NCBI GenBank assembly: GCA_963737125.1
Contig: CAVTRL010000005.1
Coordinates: forward strand, 38,870 to 102,869
Direction: 5' to 3'
Source of the DNA: an uncultured Chloroflexia bacterium
GTDB lineage: Bacteria > Chloroflexota > UBA5177
DNA: 64,000 nt
Shown here piece after piece: positions 58,130-64,000 of the stretch (the first letter of the stretch is position 1; every line of letters starts with the position of its first letter). A program made the translations under genes and the position numbers. Under the pieces are notes generated by a model, which had not been told where the DNA came from, did no database searches, and was given only the letters and a program-made list of their open reading frames with translations.

Positions 58130-58933
58130 TTACCGAGCCGCGAGACGCGGGTGAAGGTTGGCGGCCGGTGGAGGCGGTGAGCGCAGACCGAAGGCTCCGG
58201 CACGAATGCGAAGGATGGGAACAGAGTGGCGCGAGGGTATGACACGCGGTCCAACCTCTGGCGCCCGTTCGAAGAGTGAAGCCAGAATCTGGGCGATACG
58301 ATCGGTGCGCCGCGAGCGCCCGAGCAATCCCGCAAAGGTCCACAACATGAACGATCCGATGAATCCGGCCGCCATATGCAGCGGAATGACGGTCAAGTGC
58401 TGCGGCGCGAACAGTACTGCCAGGCCTGGCAAGAAGCTCAAGCTCACCAGGTCTTCCAGGTTCTCCTGCAAGAGATACAGTGAAATTTGCAGAACGCCCA
58501 ATGACAGCGCGGTAATGGCGATGGATCGGAGCGGCACAGCAACCGGCCGCGCGTCGAGGTATCGGCGGCAACGAGCCGGCAGGCGCTCTCTCACCCGCTT
58601 GACTCGAACGTGGTCCGCGCCTAGAACCGAGAGAAGCGCGGCGACGGCAAGCAGCGCGCCAACCGCCAGCAATGCGCCAAGCGGCGCCATGTAGAAGCGG
58701 TGCGGCGTGGTTGCCATGACCGCCTGGAAGCGGCTCCCGTACTCGATCGTATATTCCGTCTGGTGCACGATCCAGGTACCGGCCAGCACGGTGAACCCGA
58801 ACGCCAGCAAATTGATCCAGGCGCGTCCGTAGGTCTGCCAGCCGGCAAACGACGGTACGCTCGACCGGATGAATCGACGCGGCGACGGCTCGGCCCGACG
58901 TGAAGCGGTTAGCTGGTTCGGCAGGGTGTCCAT
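58130..58933 (-). CDS. Multi-TM hypothetical protein with C-terminal RSPP motif
   Basis: About four hydrophobic helices with H/E residues (HQTEY, PH, QENLE, PLH); LRSPPPP near the C-terminus. Confidence 0.7.
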   Translation of the reverse strand: MDTLPNQLTASRRAEPSPRRFIRSSVPSFAGWQTYGRAWINLLAFGFTVLAGTWIVHQTEYTIEYGSRFQAVMATTPHRFYMAPLGALLAVGALLAVAALLSVLGADHVRVKRVRERLPARCRRYLDARPVAVPLRSIAITALSLGVLQISLYLLQENLEDLVSLSFLPGLAVLFAPQHLTVIPLHMAAGFIGSFMLWTFAGLLGRSRRTDRIAQILASLFERAPEVGPRVIPSRHSVPILRIRAGAFGLRSPPPPAANLHPRLAAR

Positions 58934-58994
58934 GCCAAATTATACGTCCGTCCAGTCGAGACGCGGTCGCGCCGGAGCGGCCGGAAATGAAGCG

Positions 58995-59756
58995 TTACGC
59001 GACCGCCCGATTAAATGCTCTCGCCCCGATGGTCATACCGATAATCGCGAGAGCCGCCATGATGACCAGCCCTTTGACCACTGCCACGTCACCCGAATTG
59101 CCGTTGAACATATCGCGTGCCGCCTCGACGGCGTACGACAGCGGGTTGAAGTCGGCGATGGTTTGCAGCCAGGCCGGCGCCAGGGTAAGCGGCAACAGCA
59201 CTCCGGACAGAAGCAACAAGGGAAGGCTAAGGGTGAAAATCAGTGGAGCGTACGAGTCCTCCGACCGGAGAGCAAGCGCCGCTGCGTACGCCAGGGATGC
59301 CATGCCAAGTCCGATCAGGGCCACCAGCCCAACCATGACCAGCACGCCCGATACTGTCGCATGCAGGCCAAACGGAATGGAAAGGAGTAGCAGGACAACA
59401 GACTGGATGATGAGTACCAGAATATCCCGCAGCGCCCGGCCGAGCAGCAACGCGAAACGACTCACCGGCGTTACCCGGAACCTCTCGATCACTCCGGCTC
59501 GCAGCTCAGCGATGAGACCAAACCCGACGCCACTGGCGCCAAAGAGCCCCAGTTGAATCAGCAAGCCGGGTACAAAGACGTTGTATGCACCGCCGGGAGG
59601 GAAGCCGCGAGACGATGCAATCCCCTTCAGGAGCGGCGCGAACAGCAACAGGTAGAGAATCGGTTGAATGAGACCGATAATCACCCAGGCCGGGTTGCCC
59701 AGAAAAATCCCGACGTACCGGCTGAATACCAGCCAGGTATCTCGCAATAGTTTCAT
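58995..59756 (-). CDS. ABC-2 type permease (DrrB-like)
   Basis: QPILYLLLF, VPG, GVIERFRVTP, LSG...P, NPLSY. Confidence 0.9.
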   Translation of the reverse strand: MKLLRDTWLVFSRYVGIFLGNPAWVIIGLIQPILYLLLFAPLLKGIASSRGFPPGGAYNVFVPGLLIQLGLFGASGVGFGLIAELRAGVIERFRVTPVSRFALLLGRALRDILVLIIQSVVLLLLSIPFGLHATVSGVLVMVGLVALIGLGMASLAYAAALALRSEDSYAPLIFTLSLPLLLLSGVLLPLTLAPAWLQTIADFNPLSYAVEAARDMFNGNSGDVAVVKGLVIMAALAIIGMTIGARAFNRAVA

Positions 59757-59763
59757 CCGCGCC

Positions 59764-60762
59764 TCAGCTTGCTTCCCGGAGCGAGCGCCCCGTCTGGCGT
59801 AGGAAGACGTCATCGAGGCTGGGGCGAGCCATCGACAAGGAGGAAAGCTCGATGCCGGCCGAGTCAAGCTGCCGTAGGATCACCGGCATGACTGTCTCAC
59901 CGCGATCGACATAGAGGTGCAACGCATCTTCTTCGTCGGTGATCTCGCGCACGAAGGTCTGACCGCGCAGCAGTTCAAGCGCCTTCGCGCGATTTTCTTT
60001 GATCCCGAGCACCACGACATCCCCCGCGACCTGCCGTTTCAGTTCGTCTGGCGTTCCGCCCGCCACGATGCGTCCATGGTCGATGATCGCGAGACGGTCG
60101 CACAGTGCGTCCGCTTCTTCCAGATAGTGGGTGGTCAGGAAAATGGTCGTGCCGCCGTCACGGAGCCGGCGCACCTCGTCCCACATCCGAGCCCGACTTT
60201 GTGGATCCAGGCCGGTGGTTGGTTCATCAAGAAATAAGAGTGAGGGTAGATGCATGAGCCCGATCCCGATATCGAGCCGGCGCTTCTGGCCACCGGAATA
60301 GGTCTTGGTGCGTCGATCACCGCAATCCGCAAGGTCGAGCGTGTCCAGCAACTCGGCGGCACGCTGTTTGGCTTGCTGTGCGTTCATGCCGTACAGCCGT
60401 CCCTGGAGCACGAGCTCAGTGCGCCCCGTGACCTCCAGATAGCTGCTCCCGACCTGGCTCACGTAGCCGATGCGCTCCCGCACTCTGGCCGGTTCCTTTA
60501 CCAGATCCGCTCCTGCCACCGTTGCCTCGCCGCCACTCGGAGGTAGTAGTGTGGAAAGCATCCGTAGCGTCGTCGTCTTACCAGCGCCATTCGGCCCGAG
60601 AAAGCCGAAAATCTGTCCGGCGTGGACCTCGAGATCCACGCCGTCGACGGCGACGACCTCTGACTTTCGGCTCTTGAAGACACGTCGAAGTCCACGCGTC
60701 TTGATGACCACGGATGCCACCGACGTATCGGCGGAGACGGGAAGGTTAGTGATACGCGCCAT
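59764..60762 (-). CDS. ABC transporter ATP-binding protein (DrrA-like)
   Basis: GPNGAGKTT, YSGGQ, LFLDEPT, TTHY, SLDDVF. Confidence 0.93.
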   Translation of the reverse strand: MARITNLPVSADTSVASVVIKTRGLRRVFKSRKSEVVAVDGVDLEVHAGQIFGFLGPNGAGKTTTLRMLSTLLPPSGGEATVAGADLVKEPARVRERIGYVSQVGSSYLEVTGRTELVLQGRLYGMNAQQAKQRAAELLDTLDLADCGDRRTKTYSGGQKRRLDIGIGLMHLPSLLFLDEPTTGLDPQSRARMWDEVRRLRDGGTTIFLTTHYLEEADALCDRLAIIDHGRIVAGGTPDELKRQVAGDVVVLGIKENRAKALELLRGQTFVREITDEEDALHLYVDRGETVMPVILRQLDSAGIELSSLSMARPSLDDVFLRQTGRSLREAS

Positions 60763-60897
60763 AGCTTACATAGCACCTTACCAATTATTCGAACAAAGAT
60801 TCCACCGAACGACAGAACAATGTTCATCATGCGTGCAGTCACAGTTTGGAGAGTCTGAACGTTGTGGCTAGTGAATACAACCCGCTGGAGTGTCTTC

Positions 60898-62013
60898 ATG
60901 CGCACCTGCTTGCGACTCATCCGGTTACGTATACTGCCGCCGGCGACGTGGCTCCTGATTTCGCTGAGCTTCTCCCTCGTGACCTCCTACGCGACCGTTG
61001 GCGCTGCCCCATCCACGGCCACAACTCAGTGGCGACTCTTTTTGGGCAGCCCCACGGTGATGCAACCGACCGGGATGGCCATTGATTTACGCGGACCGAA
61101 GCACGCAGCACAATGGGGCTATGTGGCGGACGCCGCTTCCGGGAAGATCGTGAAGTTCGGCACCGGCGGCCACATCCTCCGAACATGGAGGTATTCCGCG
61201 CCGGGGCACGCGGCGGTGCTGGCGGTCGGTGGCAGCGGGAATCTCTTCGTCGCGGACCGAGTGAGCGGTACGATTACAAAGTTTTCGCCGTCCGGACAGC
61301 GCCTCGCCCTCTGGCCACCAACCTATTTCACTCCGCTCTTCATGCCCGCGCTGACCGATCCTCGCAGCATGGCGGTTGACCCAAGCGGGAAAATCTATGT
61401 GGCCGAATACTCCGCACACCGCATTATTCAGCTCTCGCCGGGTGGCACTCTCTTGCAGACCTGGGATACGTGGAAGGGGTTCCCGATGCAGACTGCGGTA
61501 CCCGAGCAGAATTCCGGCTCTCTGGGGGATCCCACCGGTGTCGTCTACGACCCACCCGGGCACCTGTTCGTCAGTACGGTATGCGGGGCCGTTCCCGCCT
61601 GCCCGACCGACCGTTTCACACCCGTACCCAACGACGGGCACGATACTCTCTTCGTCTTGAACATCGCCGGGCCCTTTTCTGGACACATAGGTAATTTGTG
61701 GTTCGGTCTTGGTTACTCGCAGACAGGCGTTCCGTCCGAGATGCCGGGCAAGGAATCCGAAGCATTCGTTCACATCGATGCCATGGCCGGGGATGGAAAG
61801 GGTCGCACCTACCTGGCCGGCACGATGTGGCCTCGTGGTGGCCAGGCCGGGCTCGGCGTGCTGTCGTACACCGACACCGGATTTCACCGATTACCCTGGC
61901 GAGTATCGACCTCGCTGCCGATCTCGGGCGTAGCAGTCGATGGCGCTGGCTCCGCCTACATTTCGCAAGGAAGCAGCATTTTCGTTCGTTCCCCCGCGGG
62001 ATCCGGGACGTAA
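60898..62013 (+). CDS. Secreted NHL-repeat beta-propeller protein
   Basis: Signal peptide; repeats PTGMAID/YVAD, PRSMAVDPSGKIYVAE, PTGVVYD, GVAVDGAG. Confidence 0.75.
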   Translation: MRTCLRLIRLRILPPATWLLISLSFSLVTSYATVGAAPSTATTQWRLFLGSPTVMQPTGMAIDLRGPKHAAQWGYVADAASGKIVKFGTGGHILRTWRYSAPGHAAVLAVGGSGNLFVADRVSGTITKFSPSGQRLALWPPTYFTPLFMPALTDPRSMAVDPSGKIYVAEYSAHRIIQLSPGGTLLQTWDTWKGFPMQTAVPEQNSGSLGDPTGVVYDPPGHLFVSTVCGAVPACPTDRFTPVPNDGHDTLFVLNIAGPFSGHIGNLWFGLGYSQTGVPSEMPGKESEAFVHIDAMAGDGKGRTYLAGTMWPRGGQAGLGVLSYTDTGFHRLPWRVSTSLPISGVAVDGAGSAYISQGSSIFVRSPAGSGT

Positions 62014-62094
62014 TCCGCGGCGGATGCCCGCGACACCACCGCCGTCCGACCGTGTTGGGCGCAATCGCTAGACTGAAATGCACAGGGAGAAACC

Positions 62095-62922
62095 ATGCCG
62101 GACGTACACGATCAGGCCCGAAGGGCCGAACGGTTTCTGCAACTGCATCGTGCAAGTACTCCGTTGCTGCTGCCGAACCCCTGGGATATCGGTTCTACCA
62201 TGGTGCTCGCGTGGCTGGGCTTCGAAGCACTGGCTACCACCAGTAGTGGTTTTGCGGCGACGTTGGGCCGCCTTGACGGGGCGATCGAACGTGACGCAGT
62301 ACTCGAGCACGCGTCAGCGGTCGTCACGGCTACCACCCTGCCGGTTTCGGCAGATCTGGAGAACGGATTCGCGGACGATCCAGCCGGCGTCGGTGAGACG
62401 ATTCGTGGGGCATTATCCGCCGGGCTGGCCGGGTGTTCTATCGAGGACTTCACTCGTGACACCCAGCGGCCCATCTATGAAGCGGAATTTGCCGCCGAAC
62501 GTATCGCCGCGGCCGCGGAGGTCGCCCACGGTGGGCCGGTTCACCTCGTTCTAACGGCACGCGCCGAGAACTATCTTCATGACAGACTGGATCTGGCCGA
62601 TACCATCGACCGGTTACAGCGGTATGGTGAGGCGGGCGCCGATGTCCTTTACGCTCCCGGGCTGAGTCGTCTGGAGGATATAACCACGGTTGTCTCGTCG
62701 GTCGATCAACCGGTCAACGTTCTGCTCCTCCCGGGAGGTCCGAGCGTCGCCGACCTGGCCAAAGCGGGGGTCAGCAGGATCTCGGTGGGTGGCGCTTTTG
62801 CCAATGCCGCGCTCGGCGCACTGGTTGAAGCGGCACGCGAGCTTCAAACCGGCGACAGCCTCACGTTCTTCAAGCGTGCCAGGCTCGGCTCGGAGGCTGC
62901 ACACGCTGTTTTCCGTGGCTGA
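62095..62922 (+). CDS. Isocitrate lyase/PEP mutase family protein
   Basis: PNPWD, ATTS, ADLENGF, SIED, ARAE, AGAD, PVN, RISVG. Confidence 0.9.
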   Translation: MPDVHDQARRAERFLQLHRASTPLLLPNPWDIGSTMVLAWLGFEALATTSSGFAATLGRLDGAIERDAVLEHASAVVTATTLPVSADLENGFADDPAGVGETIRGALSAGLAGCSIEDFTRDTQRPIYEAEFAAERIAAAAEVAHGGPVHLVLTARAENYLHDRLDLADTIDRLQRYGEAGADVLYAPGLSRLEDITTVVSSVDQPVNVLLLPGGPSVADLAKAGVSRISVGGAFANAALGALVEAARELQTGDSLTFFKRARLGSEAAHAVFRG

Positions 62923-62986
62923 CGCGAACCTGGGTACGCTATCATACGTTCCACGAGCATTACGAGCTTGACCGAAGGAGCGGTGA

Positions 62987-63400
62987 TTGAAACGTGTAAC
63001 CGGAATCGGCGGGATTTTCTTCAAAGTGGACGACATGCCGCAGCTAGCGGCATGGTATCGAGAACATCTCAACATCGACATGATCGGGGACTCGTACACG
63101 TCATTCGAGTGGCGGGATAAAGATCAGCCGGAGCGTGTTGGCACGACCGCACTGTCATTCTTTCCACAGGACACGGCGTACTTTGGTCCGGGTGCGGCGA
63201 GTTTCATGGTTAATTATCGCGTCGACGATCTGGATGCGCTCCTTGCACAGTTGAAGGCCGAAGGGGTAGAGGTGGACGATCGAGTCGACGAATACGACTT
63301 CGGCCGCTTTGGCTGGATCGTGGATCCCGAGGGGCGTCGAATAGAGCTTTGGGAACCATCGTCCGCCCATGAAACCGGCGCCGAACAGCCGGAGAGCTAA
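62987..63400 (+). CDS. VOC/glyoxalase family protein
   Basis: VTGIGGIFFK, FMVNYRVDDL, GRFGWIVDPEG..IELWEP. Confidence 0.9.
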   Translation: MKRVTGIGGIFFKVDDMPQLAAWYREHLNIDMIGDSYTSFEWRDKDQPERVGTTALSFFPQDTAYFGPGAASFMVNYRVDDLDALLAQLKAEGVEVDDRVDEYDFGRFGWIVDPEGRRIELWEPSSAHETGAEQPES

Positions 63401-63452
63401 ACAGTCCCAGGCGTCTTCGACGCGGATTACACAGGGCGCTGAGCCACTGCGC

Positions 63453-64000
63453 CTACGCGCGTAACGCGGGGAAATCCGCCTCAGTGAACTCCAGATCCGA
63501 GACAGCGTCCAGGCCCTGGTAGATGCGTTGTTCTCGCTCGCGTAAGTCGACCCGGCGAATCTTCCCTGAGATTGTCTTGGGCAAGGTCGCGAATTCGACG
63601 CGCCGAATCCGTTTGTATGGCGCCACCCGCTCCCGGCAAAATGCCAGGATTGCCTGCGCTGTCTCAGCGGTCGGCTCCCATTCGGAGGCAAGCGCCACAT
63701 ACGCCTTGGGAACGGATAAGCGAACGGCATCGGGGGCCGGCACAACCGCCGCTTCGGCGACGGCCGGATGTTCGATGAGAACGCTTTCCAGCTCGAACGG
63801 CGAGATGCGATAATCTGACGCCTTGAAGACATCGTCGGTACGGCCGACGTACGAGATGTAGCCTTCGGCATCACGCGAGGCTACATCACCGGTGTGATAA
63901 TACCCGTTACGCATCACATCGGCAGTGTGCTCGGGATCGTCTCGATATCCGACCATCAAACCGAGTGGACGCGACGATAGGTCGAGTGCTATCTCGCCGT
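63453..64000 (-). CDS. AMP-binding acyl-CoA synthetase (5'-truncated by window edge)
   Basis: YHTGD, GRTDDVFK, ELES, LPKTISGKIRR. Confidence 0.9.
   Translation of the reverse strand, partial: GEIALDLSSRPLGLMVGYRDDPEHTADVMRNGYYHTGDVASRDAEGYISYVGRTDDVFKASDYRISPFELESVLIEHPAVAEAAVVPAPDAVRLSVPKAYVALASEWEPTAETAQAILAFCRERVAPYKRIRRVEFATLPKTISGKIRRVDLREREQRIYQGLDAVSDLEFTEADFPALRA

Noticed and set aside
1-64000. CRISPR arrays, tRNA/rRNA, IS elements, defence systems
   Set aside because: No spaced repeats, cloverleaf or rRNA signatures, transposases, integrases or recognisable defence genes were seen by eye.

Overview
GC-rich bacterial chromosome segment. Chloroflexota-like soil lineage is inferred from gene content (PT-rich linkers, F420 LLM enzyme, GAF-GGDEF-HD-GYP, DUF5666) and was not tested. 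The core is a group 1h (high-affinity, atmospheric H2) [NiFe]-hydrogenase locus at 27.7-42.4 kb: Uxx-star-type glutaredoxin, hypF-C-C'-D-E-SIS-hypA, hhySLE, hha-like accessory genes, maturation protease and an unannotated 35-aa microprotein, with no hypB in the window. Around it lie a general-stress cluster (PRC-barrel/YsnF, DUF3618, holin-III-like), aroF, upp, an ECF41 sigma with its target promoter, a mycothiol-type formaldehyde dehydrogenase pair, TetR/MFS, envelope glycosyltransferases and redox proteins. Best novelty candidates: (i) five sigma54-like -24/-12 motifs in front of stress-type genes; (ii) a membrane protein ending in RSPP followed by a mutually exclusive A:B / B:C RNA switch over the RBS of a TlpA-MauE operon; (iii) a compact 6S-like RNA with a near-consensus sigma70 promoter; (iv) a 13-nt motif shared by the hyp and hhy promoters. 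At least six genes carry single-base indels, probably read errors. No tRNA, rRNA, CRISPR array or mobile element was seen. Family assignments come from motif recognition, not database searches.
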